Shown here piece after piece: positions 1 to 9,975 of a stretch of DNA of 64,000 bases. The stretch's first letter is position 1. Each line of letters starts with the position of its first letter. Source of the DNA: Polyangiaceae bacterium (GTDB taxonomy: Bacteria; Myxococcota_A; Polyangia; Polyangiales; Polyangiaceae). Position numbers and translations under genes: made by a program. The notes beneath the pieces were generated by a model, which saw only the letters and a program-made list of their open reading frames with translations, searched no databases and was not told where the DNA came from. The stretch covers positions 384,001-448,000 of the forward strand of contig JBILLK010000001.1 of NCBI GenBank assembly GCA_044376115.1, written 5' to 3'.

Positions 1-97
1 CACGAGTATGCTAGTCATCGGTCCTCCCACGGAACTACCGCCGCGATGGGGACGACCTTAGCGCGGGTTTTGCGTCGCGAGAAGTTTGTCGAGAGCC

Positions 98-1090
98 ATG
101 CCCCACGTTCGCCCAGCGTTTCTCTGTCTGCTCCTTGTAAATTGCACGGCGGAGCACGCCCAAGGGACGGCGCAAACCACCGCTCCAGGTCGGCTTGCCG
201 CCACTGGTTCAGCGCTTGGGTCGGCTTTGCCGGCTCCTGCGTCGGCAAACGCCAGCTCAGCGTCTGGAGCCGCGCTGCCAACGGCGAAACCGCAAGAGCC
301 AGCCAAACGCCCACGCCCGGTCTTCACCCCACCGGCGGACGGAAAACGCGGAACCACCATCGACTTCGACTACGACGGCAGTGACCGACGCGACCGCAGC
401 AGAGCCTATTCCGGCCGCATTTTTCTACATCGCGCGGTGTATGAAGCAGACGGTGCGCTGCCGTTGATCGTCTTCTTCCACGGGCTCAACAAGGACCTGA
501 TCCCCCATCGGTGGATGGGAGGCGGCAACGAAGGGGACGTCCGCGAGATCCTGTCGGACCTACTGGATCGCAAAGCGATCGCGCCCGCGATTCTTGCTGG
601 ACCTGGTTCGGTACAAAAGGCCGCGGTGTCCACGGGTTCCAGCTTTCCGATCTTCGACTTTGACGCCTTCGTCGACCAAACCATCGCGGCGCTCGATCCG
701 GGGTTGCCCATCGATCCGAAGCGCATCGTCGTTCTTGGGCACTCCGGCGCCGGTTGCAGCGAGAAAGGGGGCATCGTTGCGGCGCTCAGTTCGACCCGGC
801 CAATTCACGCAGTGGTCTCGATCGATACCTGCATGCCCGGATCGCTCGCCTCCGCGCTCGGAGCAGCCTCCGCCACGACCAACGTGGTCGTCACCTGGCA
901 AACCGCGTCGTGGACGCGTGAATTCGATCACTTTCGGAAGGTGTTCGAGGGCGCAACGAAGAAGCACCCCCCCGCGCAGGGCACGTTGCGCGAGCTTGAT
1001 CGGCTACCCAACCTTCCGCGCTCGCACGACGCCACCGTCAAGCAGACGTTCGACAAGTGGCTGCCTCAACTGCTCCCCCCTGCGCCCTGA
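98..1090 (+). CDS. Exported alpha/beta-hydrolase-fold lipoprotein
   Basis: Hydrophobic leader ending LLVNC, Ala/Pro linker, LIVFFHG strand and GHSGAG nucleophile elbow; ATG at 98 chosen within ORF 86..1090. Confidence 0.6.
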   Translation: MPHVRPAFLCLLLVNCTAEHAQGTAQTTAPGRLAATGSALGSALPAPASANASSASGAALPTAKPQEPAKRPRPVFTPPADGKRGTTIDFDYDGSDRRDRSRAYSGRIFLHRAVYEADGALPLIVFFHGLNKDLIPHRWMGGGNEGDVREILSDLLDRKAIAPAILAGPGSVQKAAVSTGSSFPIFDFDAFVDQTIAALDPGLPIDPKRIVVLGHSGAGCSEKGGIVAALSSTRPIHAVVSIDTCMPGSLASALGAASATTNVVVTWQTASWTREFDHFRKVFEGATKKHPPAQGTLRELDRLPNLPRSHDATVKQTFDKWLPQLLPPAP

Positions 1091-1103
1091 TATGGTGTCG
1101 GCG

Positions 1104-1766
1104 ATGCCGTCGGTTTTCAAAGCAAACACCGCTCGCGTGGCCGGTTGGCTCTGGGCGTTGAGCGTCGTCGGCTGCGCCGGACAAGCGGTTTGCGACAAGG
1201 ATCGGCCTTGCAGCGATGGGCTCGGCTGCGTGGTCGGCCGCTGCATTCAACCGTCGGCAGAGGTGGTCGCGCTCGAGTCGAAGCGCATCGTGCTGAGCCC
1301 CACGGCGCTCACCGTGGTCGATCGAAGCGGCGGTTCGGACGTCGAGGCGGTGGTCGCGCTCGGAACGTCGAGGCGCGGAGAAACCAGGGTCCTCTTGCAG
1401 TTTGAAGCCGGCTTTGGGCCGGAGGTCGAGGTACAGCGCGCCTTTCTCGTGCTGCACGGCGAGCAGTCAGCGCTGGGTCCGAGCTCAGAAGTCGTGCTCG
1501 AGGCGGCGCCGATTCTCTCGGCGTGGAGTCCAGCGTCCACGTCCTGGGGCCGTCAGCCCTCGATTGGTCTTCCTACAGCGAGCCTACGTCTGAGCCGCGC
1601 AAACAAAGCCCCGCTGCGATTCGACGTCACCGAGTCGCTGCGTTCGGTTCGCAACCGCCAGTATGGTCTAGCCATCGTGGGCACTGGCAGCGACCCGATC
1701 GGTGTGCGGGTCGACCTCGGAGCAGGTGCACCTCGCGGCCCGCGCCTCGAGGTTTTCATCGAGTAA
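1104..1766 (+). CDS. Lipoprotein with small Cys-rich motif and DNRLRE-like beta domain
   Basis: Lipobox VVGC, CDKDRPCSDGLGCVVGRC, WSPASTSW..QP and C-terminal PRLEV; TATGGT lies 7 nt upstream of ATG 1104. Confidence 0.5.
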   Translation: MPSVFKANTARVAGWLWALSVVGCAGQAVCDKDRPCSDGLGCVVGRCIQPSAEVVALESKRIVLSPTALTVVDRSGGSDVEAVVALGTSRRGETRVLLQFEAGFGPEVEVQRAFLVLHGEQSALGPSSEVVLEAAPILSAWSPASTSWGRQPSIGLPTASLRLSRANKAPLRFDVTESLRSVRNRQYGLAIVGTGSDPIGVRVDLGAGAPRGPRLEVFIE

Positions 1767-1775
1767 CCATCGACC

Positions 1776-2801
1776 ATGTCCGCGCTGCTCTCTGTTTCAG
1801 GCCTCTCGGTATCGGCCCATACCCCAGCCGGTTCAATGCCGATCGTGCAAGGCGTTTCGCTCACGGTCGACCGTGGTGAAGCGGTGGCACTCGTCGGCGA
1901 GTCGGGCTCCGGCAAGAGCGTGCTGATGAGCGCTTTGTTGCGGCTATTGCCTAGCGGTCTCTCGCATGATTCAGGCGCCATCAACTTTCGCGGGCAAAGG
2001 CTCGATGAGCTGGGAGAGAGCGAGCTTTGCAAGCTGCGTGGCCGACACCTCGCGCTGGTACCGCAAGAGCCTAAGTCAGCGTGGAATCCGGTGCTGACGA
2101 TTGGCTCGCAGGTGCAGGAGAGTTTGCTGCTGCACAAGCTTTGCAATCGCCGCGAAGCCAAGGAGCGCACACTCACTTGGCTTGAGAACGTTGGGCTACC
2201 GCAGCCTGTGCAAACCTTTGCGGCCTACCCGCACGAAGTTTCAGGCGGCATGCTACAGCGGGCGCTCGTGGCAGCGGCGTTGGCCAGCGAGCCCGATTTA
2301 TTGATCGCCGATGAGCCCACCGCGGCAATGGACCGAACCACCGAGCACGCGCTGCTCTCACTGCTCGTCGCAGAACAGCGACGTCGAGGCCTTTCGCTGC
2401 TGCTCGTCTCGCATGATCTGGTGCGGGTCTCGTCGATGGCTGACCGCACCTATGTGCTCTACGCGGGAGAAGTCGTGGAGGAAGCTTCTCGCGAAGGGCT
2501 CGAGAACGCTCGCCATCCCTATACCCGCGCCCTGCTCGCGAGCCGTCCAAACCCAGCGCGTCTTCGGGGCGACCCAGCGCTCTCGCGTCGTTTGGCCGTC
2601 CTACCGGGAAGCCCGCCGCGCTTCGAGCGGCTCCCCGGCGGCTGCCGTTTTGCGCCTCGATGCTCCGAGCGATTCGAGCGCTGCCTCGATCATCCGCCGC
2701 TAACATCGGGGGTCGCCGGTGCTATTCGCTGCTACGCGGCGATCACGTTGAACCCAGAAGCAAACTCCGACGAAACGCAACCGAAGGAAGCTTCAGCGTG
2801 A
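1776..2801 (+). CDS. Peptide ABC transporter ATP-binding subunit (OppD/DppD-like)
   Basis: GESGSGKS Walker A, YPHEVSGGM signature, LLIADEPT, HPYT and Cys-containing C-terminal extension. Confidence 0.9.
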   Translation: MSALLSVSGLSVSAHTPAGSMPIVQGVSLTVDRGEAVALVGESGSGKSVLMSALLRLLPSGLSHDSGAINFRGQRLDELGESELCKLRGRHLALVPQEPKSAWNPVLTIGSQVQESLLLHKLCNRREAKERTLTWLENVGLPQPVQTFAAYPHEVSGGMLQRALVAAALASEPDLLIADEPTAAMDRTTEHALLSLLVAEQRRRGLSLLLVSHDLVRVSSMADRTYVLYAGEVVEEASREGLENARHPYTRALLASRPNPARLRGDPALSRRLAVLPGSPPRFERLPGGCRFAPRCSERFERCLDHPPLTSGVAGAIRCYAAITLNPEANSDETQPKEASA

Positions 2802-3793
2802 CCGACGAACGTAAACCCACGAAGGAACGGCCGAAGCCGCTGCTGCGCGTCGACGGTCTGTCAAAGACCTACTCGAAGAAGGTGGGCCTACTCTCTCGGC
2901 CGGAGATCCAGCACGCGGTCTGGGGCGTCTCCTTCGACATCAGCGCTGGTCGAACAGTGGCGCTCGTTGGAGAGTCTGGTTGTGGCAAGAGCACGCTTGG
3001 CCGGCTGCTCGTTCGCTTGATTGAGCCGACGTACGGTCGCATTTTCGTCTCGGGTCGTGACGTCACGCAGATGAGCGACGCTGAGTTTCGACCCTACCGA
3101 AAGCGGCTCCAGATCGTCTTTCAGGATCCAGAGACTTCACTCAACCCGCAGCTAACCGTGCGGTCGATCGTGTCGGAAGGTGCCATCGCATTTGGGCTAG
3201 CGAGCGGTAGCGCGTTGGAGGACCTGATCGCTACCGAGCTTTCAGCAGTTGGCCTTTCACCCGACGCACTCGATAAGTACCCCGATCAATTCAGCGGCGG
3301 GCAACGCCAACGAATCGCGATCGCTCGCGCCATGATTCTCAAGCCCGAGTTCGTCGTATGTGACGAGATCGTCAGTGCCCTCGATGCATCGGTACAAGCG
3401 CAGATCTTGAACCTTCTGCTCGATCGTCAGGCTGAAAGCAACGTGAGCTATCTGCTGATCACGCATGATCTGGCCGTTGCCGAGCAAGTGTCGCGCACGA
3501 TGCTGGTGATGTTTGCTGGGCGAATCGTCGAGATGGGTCGCACCGAAGAAATCGCGGTTGCGCCGAGGCACCCCTACACGCAAGAACTCTTCGCCGCCGC
3601 GCCCAAGCTCGGTGGCGAACCGCCCAAACTTTCGAGCACCAAGCTGCCGACCCTCGCTGCGGCCACCACGGGCTGCGCGTTCCGCTTGCGTTGCCCAGCA
3701 GCAGAGCCTGGTCTGTGCGATGGTGACGCGCCGAGCCTGCAACCGGTCTCGAGCGGGAGCAACCACCGGGTGGCCTGTTTCAAAGCGACTTAA
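2798..3793 (+). CDS. Peptide ABC transporter ATP-binding subunit (OppF/DppF-like)
   Basis: GESGCGKST, FSGGQRQRIAIARA, SALDASVQAQILNLL, HPYT, HRVAC; GTGA overlap with upstream stop. Confidence 0.9.
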   Translation: MTDERKPTKERPKPLLRVDGLSKTYSKKVGLLSRPEIQHAVWGVSFDISAGRTVALVGESGCGKSTLGRLLVRLIEPTYGRIFVSGRDVTQMSDAEFRPYRKRLQIVFQDPETSLNPQLTVRSIVSEGAIAFGLASGSALEDLIATELSAVGLSPDALDKYPDQFSGGQRQRIAIARAMILKPEFVVCDEIVSALDASVQAQILNLLLDRQAESNVSYLLITHDLAVAEQVSRTMLVMFAGRIVEMGRTEEIAVAPRHPYTQELFAAAPKLGGEPPKLSSTKLPTLAAATTGCAFRLRCPAAEPGLCDGDAPSLQPVSSGSNHRVACFKAT

Positions 3794-5319
3794 TCGTCGA
3801 GCGACGGGGTAGCCGCAGAACCGCTTGGTGCCGCTGAGGCAGCTGCAGCAGCTGCGACGGCTGGATTTTCATCGAGACAGCGGACAGTGAAGAGACGCAT
3901 CGCGCGCCCTTTGGGTTCAGCCAGCAGCAGCAGATTTCCGCCTGCAGCGATGGGCTCACCCGTGCCCAAACTCGGCTCGATCTGTGGCGTTTCTTTGGGC
4001 AGACCGTTGCTCCCAACGCGCGCCAATACGTCGGGCCCTCGCAGCGTCGAGAGACTCAGCCAACCCGGAAGCAGACTCGGAATGCCCTCCACGGCTTCAT
4101 CCTCGGGCGTTGCGTACTTCTCGATCGAGCCACCCGCGGTGACACGCACCACTTGAAGCGGCCCACCCGCTGCGCCGCCGGTGGGCGCATCGTCATCACG
4201 GAAGGCCACGACCAAGGCTCCGTCCTCTGCCAAGGCTGCATCAAAGCCAGCCACGGTGCTCTCCTCCGGGGAGATGCGCAGCGCCTCACTGCGCTGGGCG
4301 CCGGTGCCGTCGAGCGGCATCGCGTACACCCATGCGCGACCAATCGACTCGCCCCCCTGGCTCTCATCAACCTCATCCGAACTGGGAGCTTCGTCTTGCT
4401 TGGCTTTTGCGTTCTTCGACTTGCCACGCTTCTTTGGCGCTGGCGGCACTTCAGGCGCGGCCGGCTTACCCGCAAAACTCTCTCGCTGAAGCTCCGCGCC
4501 ATGAACCAAGTACACGAGGAAGAAGCCGTCCTGCGTCGCGACGATGCGAGGCGAATCAGCATCGACTTCTTTGGCGGTCATCCGCCGTGAAAAGGGTACC
4601 GACGAAAGATCTTTGGAGTCGAAGCTAGCGAGCAGAACCGAAGACTTGTCGCCCTCGGTCATGTCCCACACCACGACGCCACGCCCCCGCCCAGCCGCGA
4701 CGTCGAGCGCCAGCGAGTCATCCCGCCCCTCAGGTAGCTCAGCGCCTTTGGTGACCTGTGTGCCGTTGATCTTCCCGAGGCGTACCGATCGCGAACTTGC
4801 GTTCGGCTCTAGCCAAGCCACCAGCAGCTCATCTCCGTTGCCTGTGGCCGCGAGCGCCGGTGGGTCCAGGTCTCCGCGCATACGCGCGAGCTTGATCAAG
4901 CTACCGGCACCGGTTTTTTCATCGATTCGGACGATGTTCGCCACGCTCCCGCCATCCCCCTCACTCAAGGTTGGAACGGCAAACCCCGCGTCGACGTGAA
5001 TGGCGCGACCCACCACCACAGCGAACGGCGTCAACATTGGGTCGGCGTCTTCCGCAAGCTCTTTACCCACATCACCGACGACGAAGGGATCACTCGGCTG
5101 GGAACAGCGAGGTGGCAGCTCTGCAGCAGCCGAGGCGCTCGCGAGCGACTGACTCGTAGTCGGCTCCTCCGCGAGACAGGCCCGCAGCAGCGCAGCGCCA
5201 CCGAGTACGGCAGCCAACACCCCGAGGGTGGGCCAAAGAGCACGTCCACCACGCTCGAGTTCGCGAGGCGCTTCAGCTTTCTCGGACACGCTTTGCCTTA
5301 CGACCGGTTGAGCCGTCAC
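3790..5319 (-). CDS. Membrane-anchored hypothetical protein (beta-rich extracytoplasmic domain)
   Basis: Long ORF with one N-terminal TM segment (LWPTLGVLAAVLGGAALL); start uncertain, GTG 5319 chosen to avoid overlap with plsB. Confidence 0.55.
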   Translation of the reverse strand: MTAQPVVRQSVSEKAEAPRELERGGRALWPTLGVLAAVLGGAALLRACLAEEPTTSQSLASASAAAELPPRCSQPSDPFVVGDVGKELAEDADPMLTPFAVVVGRAIHVDAGFAVPTLSEGDGGSVANIVRIDEKTGAGSLIKLARMRGDLDPPALAATGNGDELLVAWLEPNASSRSVRLGKINGTQVTKGAELPEGRDDSLALDVAAGRGRGVVVWDMTEGDKSSVLLASFDSKDLSSVPFSRRMTAKEVDADSPRIVATQDGFFLVYLVHGAELQRESFAGKPAAPEVPPAPKKRGKSKNAKAKQDEAPSSDEVDESQGGESIGRAWVYAMPLDGTGAQRSEALRISPEESTVAGFDAALAEDGALVVAFRDDDAPTGGAAGGPLQVVRVTAGGSIEKYATPEDEAVEGIPSLLPGWLSLSTLRGPDVLARVGSNGLPKETPQIEPSLGTGEPIAAGGNLLLLAEPKGRAMRLFTVRCLDENPAVAAAAAASAAPSGSAATPSLDD

Positions 5320-5362
5320 GCAAGCAAGAGACGCAAATGAGCTAGGCTGCGCGCGGATCCCG

Positions 5363-7936
5363 ATGCTCGCCAAGTTGCTTCGACCTCTCACCGAACGGCT
5401 GTTTGCGTCCTTGAACGCGTCCAGCCCCGAACCACTCACGCGTGCGCAGGCAGCAGGTCCCATCGTGTATGTGCTGCGCTCGGTCTCGATCGTCGATGCG
5501 CTAGCTGTTGCGCACCTCAACTCCGCTTGGGGACTGCGCTCGCTCGGCTACGTGCACGATGTTTCGCCCTTCGTGCGCAACACCATCGGCGCTGCCTATC
5601 GAACGGGGTCCCACGTGAGCCTCGCGAGCGCGCTGGAAGCGAATGCCAACGCCATCATCTTCATGCGTCGACCACCTTCGTTGTTCGAGCCGACACCGCG
5701 AGGCGCGAGCGATGGCGATGATCCGCTGTCGGTGATGTTCGATTTTCACCGCCGCTCTGGTCGCGATGTCACGCTCGTTCCCCTCACGCTGTTGTGGTCG
5801 ATGCGGCCGGAGAAGCTGTTCCTTTCGCCGGTGGACGTGCTGTTCGGCTCGACCGACATGCCCGGAGATGCACGTGGCCTGCTGCAACTCCTGACCAACT
5901 TGGGCCACGGCGCCGCGCGCGTTTGTTCACCGCTTAGCTTGCGCCAATTTCTTGCGTCGCAGCCGCCGCAGACAGCGGACTACACGCTCTTTCGCCGGCT
6001 CAGCTATTCGGTGCTGCGCAAGATCGAACGCGAGCGACGAGCCGCCGTGGGGCCTGCGCGCAAGCCGATTGAGCGGCTCACCGCCGAGGTGCTGCGGTCA
6101 CCAAAACTGAGCGGCCTGATTGAGGACTTGGCCAAAGGCGATTTGGAGAACAAGCGCGCCCTCATGGGCAAGGCCGCCGGCATCATGAATGAGCTCGTTG
6201 CCACCCCCAACACCGATCTCGTGACGGCCGTCGAGCCCTTGCTCGACCGCATCGTGCAACGCGTTTGGAGTCGCGTGGACGTATCCGAGCTCGAGCTGAA
6301 CCGCGTCCGTGATCGCGCGCGGCTTGGAACCGTGGTGCTGCTGCCCTCACACAAAAGCCACGTCGACTACCTGATCCTTTCGTACGTCTTGCGCAAGAAC
6401 CTGCTCGAGCTGCCGATGATCGCCGCGGGCGACAACCTCTCCTTCTTCCCGGTGGGGCCCATGTTGAGACGAGGCGGCGCGTTCTTCATTCGCCGCGACT
6501 TCAAAGGGGATCGGCTGTACGCGGCTACCGTCGACGCCTACATTCGGCGTTTGATAAAGGACGGTTGGGCACTCGAGTTCTTTCTCGAGGGTGGACGCTC
6601 TCGCACAGGCAAACTGCTCTCCTCCAAGCTCGGTCTGCTCAACATCGTCGTCGACGCAGCATTGCAAGAGACGCTTCATCCGGTGGCCTTCGTTCCAGTG
6701 CACATCGGCTACGACCGAACGATGGAGGACTTCGAGTTGGCGCTGGAAAAAGCCGGCGCGCCCAAAGAACGCGAGAGCGCTCGCTCGCTGCTCGCCGTCG
6801 CCGATGCGCTCAGCTATTCGTACGGGGCCGTCACCGTGAGCTTCGGTCCGCCGATCGACCTCGAGGCGCACTTGCAATCCCTTGGTCTATCGCGAAGCCA
6901 CGAGCTCACGCCTGCCAAACGGCGCTCGGTGGTGACGGCCTTGGCGCACAAAGTGGAGGCCTCCATTCAGCAACACGCCAAGCTGACCGCGGGGACACTG
7001 CTCGCCACCGAACTGCTCGACATGCAGCTACGAGGCGTGAATCTGGCCGGCTTGATGGCGCGAACGAAGCGGCTAATGAAGGTGCTGCTGCGAACTGGGG
7101 CGACGCCCGCCGAGGGCCTTCTGCTCGAGGACGGAGAACTCAATCCGGCCGCGTTGAGCGAGACGTTGGCTATCTTCGTGCGAGGCAAACTCGTGCGGGA
7201 GCATCGCCACGACCAGACGCTGACCCGCACCGCGAGCTCCAGCGGCAGCGCACTTCGTGATCCCGTTTACACCGTGAGTGACGAGAGTCGCTCGAGGCTG
7301 GAACTCGCGAAGAACGCCATCCTTCACTTCTTGTGGGATCGCGCCGTCCTCTCGGCCGCGTTTTACGCGAAGGAGTCGCGGGCGGTCGAACGAAGCTCGC
7401 TGCTCGACGAAGCGGAACAGCTCGATGCACTGCTTGGGCTCGACCTGCCGATGCACCGGCTCGAGCCGACGAGGGAGCGCCTCTCTGCTGCGCTCGAGGA
7501 CATGCTGCTCTTTGGTGAACTGCAAGAGAACGAGGCCGGTGTGCGCGTGGGGCCGGGCAATGGGGAGGCCGACGCCATGGTCTGGTTGCTCTCCCATCGG
7601 GCCCATTTGATCGCGACGATCGAGAGCGCGCGTATTGCGCTGCAAGCGGCGCTGCAGCTCTCGGCCTCGAATGCGATCGAGGAGCGGGCGCTCGTGGGAA
7701 GGGCGCTCGGTATTGGGAGGGAGATGTTCCTCCGCGCCGAGATCGACAAGCGCGAGGCGGTGAGCGCACCCGGGCTTCAAGCCGCGTTCACCTCGTTCGT
7801 CAAACGTGGGCTTTTGCGCCGCAACCAAGGTCAGATCTCCTGGGCAGAGCCCGCCTCGGAGGCAGCGCTGGTCGAGATCGATCGGCGGCTGCTGGCCTAT
7901 CAGTTTGGCGGGGACGCCCGCGGTGGACGCGCATGA
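5363..7936 (+). CDS. plsB: Glycerol-3-phosphate O-acyltransferase (PlsB family)
   Basis: HKSHVD (HxxxxD), IAAGDNL, GAFFIRR and FFLEGGRSRTGKLL acyltransferase blocks; 857 aa. Confidence 0.88.
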   Translation: MLAKLLRPLTERLFASLNASSPEPLTRAQAAGPIVYVLRSVSIVDALAVAHLNSAWGLRSLGYVHDVSPFVRNTIGAAYRTGSHVSLASALEANANAIIFMRRPPSLFEPTPRGASDGDDPLSVMFDFHRRSGRDVTLVPLTLLWSMRPEKLFLSPVDVLFGSTDMPGDARGLLQLLTNLGHGAARVCSPLSLRQFLASQPPQTADYTLFRRLSYSVLRKIERERRAAVGPARKPIERLTAEVLRSPKLSGLIEDLAKGDLENKRALMGKAAGIMNELVATPNTDLVTAVEPLLDRIVQRVWSRVDVSELELNRVRDRARLGTVVLLPSHKSHVDYLILSYVLRKNLLELPMIAAGDNLSFFPVGPMLRRGGAFFIRRDFKGDRLYAATVDAYIRRLIKDGWALEFFLEGGRSRTGKLLSSKLGLLNIVVDAALQETLHPVAFVPVHIGYDRTMEDFELALEKAGAPKERESARSLLAVADALSYSYGAVTVSFGPPIDLEAHLQSLGLSRSHELTPAKRRSVVTALAHKVEASIQQHAKLTAGTLLATELLDMQLRGVNLAGLMARTKRLMKVLLRTGATPAEGLLLEDGELNPAALSETLAIFVRGKLVREHRHDQTLTRTASSSGSALRDPVYTVSDESRSRLELAKNAILHFLWDRAVLSAAFYAKESRAVERSSLLDEAEQLDALLGLDLPMHRLEPTRERLSAALEDMLLFGELQENEAGVRVGPGNGEADAMVWLLSHRAHLIATIESARIALQAALQLSASNAIEERALVGRALGIGREMFLRAEIDKREAVSAPGLQAAFTSFVKRGLLRRNQGQISWAEPASEAALVEIDRRLLAYQFGGDARGGRA

Positions 7937-8874
7937 AGGCGGACAATCTACTGCTTCATGCTGCGGCTTGGGAGGCTCCCAATCTGCTACCGCCCGGGCG
8001 CGAGATCGATTTTGTGTACGTGGATCCGCCTTATGGCGTCGGCACCGAAATGACCGCCCGCACAGGAAAGGGAGAGCGTCGTGGTCGCAAACAAGAAGGC
8101 AGCGGGCCAGTCGCCTATGACGACAGCCAGCCCGTCGACGCCTTGGTTGCGATGATCGCCCGCGCGGCGGCGGCGCTCCGGGAGCGGCTTGCCAAGGGGG
8201 CGACCTTTGCGGTCCACCTCGATCACCGCGCGGTGCACGAAACGAAGGTCGCGTTGGACGTTGTGTTTGGTCGCGGAGCGTTCGTCGGAGAGATCATCTG
8301 GGTACCCGGCAACGGTGCGCGAGGACGCGGCTTGTCGATGACCCATCAGACCATCTTGCTCTTCGCTCGCAGTCCGTCGGATCGCAAGCTCGTGCGTTGG
8401 AATTCGGAGCTACCACAACTGCGCGAACCCTTCGCTCGCACGAGCCTCGACATGCACTTCACCAACGTCGACGCCGACGGCCGGCGGTATCGCGAGCGCG
8501 TCGTAGCTGGGAAAAGCTACAAGTACTACGCAGACGTTGGTCGCAAACTCGGGACGGTGTGGAGCGACATCTCCGCGATGCGCGCGAATACGCCGCTCAA
8601 CAAGGAGGGTACCGGCTATCCGACACAGAAGCCCGAGGCGCTGCTCGAGCGACTCATTCTCGCGACCACTACCGAGGAAGGGACCGTCGGAGACTTCATG
8701 TGCGGCAGCGGAACCACGTTGGCGGTGGCCGCACGACTCGGACGCTCCTTCATTGGCGGAGACGTCGCTGCGCTAGCGGTCGAGACCACCCAGCGGCGGC
8801 TCGAGGCGCAAGGAGCTAGCTTCCGTGTCGTCGCTCAGAAGATGGCTGCCGCTTCTCCCAGCGGCGAGGCCTGA
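7933..8874 (+). CDS. Site-specific DNA methyltransferase (N6A/N4C, beta-class order), apparently orphan
   Basis: DPPY precedes YPTQKPEALLERLI and DFMCGSGTT SAM-binding motif; ATGA overlap with plsB. Confidence 0.88.
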   Translation: MKADNLLLHAAAWEAPNLLPPGREIDFVYVDPPYGVGTEMTARTGKGERRGRKQEGSGPVAYDDSQPVDALVAMIARAAAALRERLAKGATFAVHLDHRAVHETKVALDVVFGRGAFVGEIIWVPGNGARGRGLSMTHQTILLFARSPSDRKLVRWNSELPQLREPFARTSLDMHFTNVDADGRRYRERVVAGKSYKYYADVGRKLGTVWSDISAMRANTPLNKEGTGYPTQKPEALLERLILATTTEEGTVGDFMCGSGTTLAVAARLGRSFIGGDVAALAVETTQRRLEAQGASFRVVAQKMAAASPSGEA

Positions 8875-9962
8875 ACCACTTTCGCGCGGATCGCTTCGGC
8901 TTCGCTCCCGGAGACCAACACAGGTCGGAAGTCGTTCTGGTTCTTGTCCCCAGAAAGATGCGCCGGAACAAGCTCGTAGCCGGTTGCTGAGAGCGCGCCT
9001 TTGCTGAACGAGAACCGCGCGCGAAAGATCATCGTGTCCAGGTCGGAGGGCTGACCGTGCCCGCCGAAGACGAAGTTCCCAAGGCTGTAGACGATGCGCT
9101 TGCCCTTATAGTTCTCGATGCCCTGGAGCACGTGCGGGTGATGACCGAGCACCAGATCTGCGCCAGCGTCGATCGCCGCTCGGCCCAGCGTCTGCTGCGA
9201 GGAGCTGAACGCGGTCGTGCCCTCGATTCCCCAATGGAAGGAGACGATCACCAGGTTATCCGGCTTGCGATGAGCCTTGATCGCCTCGACGACCTCACGC
9301 TTCACGGCCAGGTTGCCGCCGGTGAAACCGAGATTCACCACCTCCACGCCGCGCACTTTACGTACGTCGGCGACGCCCAGTCCGAAATGACCGACGCCGT
9401 GCGCCTTGAGCGCCGCACGCGTGTCCGCGACGCCTTTACTTCCGCAATCTTCGGCGTGGTTGTTGGCCAGGCTCACCACCTCGACACTCCCTCGTTTCAG
9501 CATTTCTGCGAACGCGGGCTCACCGCGAAAAGCGAAGGTGTGGTCGGTGCGACAAGCCTGGTCGGTGAGCGGCCCCTCGAGGTTGCCGATGGTTAGGTCG
9601 TCGGCCTCGAGCACTTTCAGCACGCCCGAGAACGGTCTCGCGAAGTCGCCGCCAGACGCGCTGTGAAGGAACTGAAAGCTGCCCTTCGCGCGCTCTGAAC
9701 CAACCGGGCCGCCGAGCGTGTTGTCGCCGATCGCGCTGATCGTGATCGTGGTTACGGCGGGGGGTGTGGGAGCGCTGGCTGGAAGCTCTGCGGGAGCTTC
9801 GACCGGGGTGACCGTCGCTTCGGTTGGCCCTTCGGACTGGTCGAGTTCTTTGCCTTCTGCCACCGGCGTGCATCCGGAAGAGAGTCGAAGCGCAGCCGAA
9901 AGAACGAGCGAGTGTCGAAGCTTCACCAGCGCATGGTGTGTCAGCCATGCAGCGGCGGACAA
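8835..9962 (-). CDS. CapA/PgsA-family metallophosphoesterase
   Basis: GD, GNLEGP, SLANNH, SFHWG, GADLVLGHHPHVLQ, YSLGNFVF; start uncertain. Confidence 0.88.
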   Translation of the reverse strand: MSAAAWLTHHALVKLRHSLVLSAALRLSSGCTPVAEGKELDQSEGPTEATVTPVEAPAELPASAPTPPAVTTITISAIGDNTLGGPVGSERAKGSFQFLHSASGGDFARPFSGVLKVLEADDLTIGNLEGPLTDQACRTDHTFAFRGEPAFAEMLKRGSVEVVSLANNHAEDCGSKGVADTRAALKAHGVGHFGLGVADVRKVRGVEVVNLGFTGGNLAVKREVVEAIKAHRKPDNLVIVSFHWGIEGTTAFSSSQQTLGRAAIDAGADLVLGHHPHVLQGIENYKGKRIVYSLGNFVFGGHGQPSDLDTMIFRARFSFSKGALSATGYELVPAHLSGDKNQNDFRPVLVSGSEAEAIRAKVVQASPLGEAAAIF

Positions 9963-9975
9963 ATTTCACACTGCG

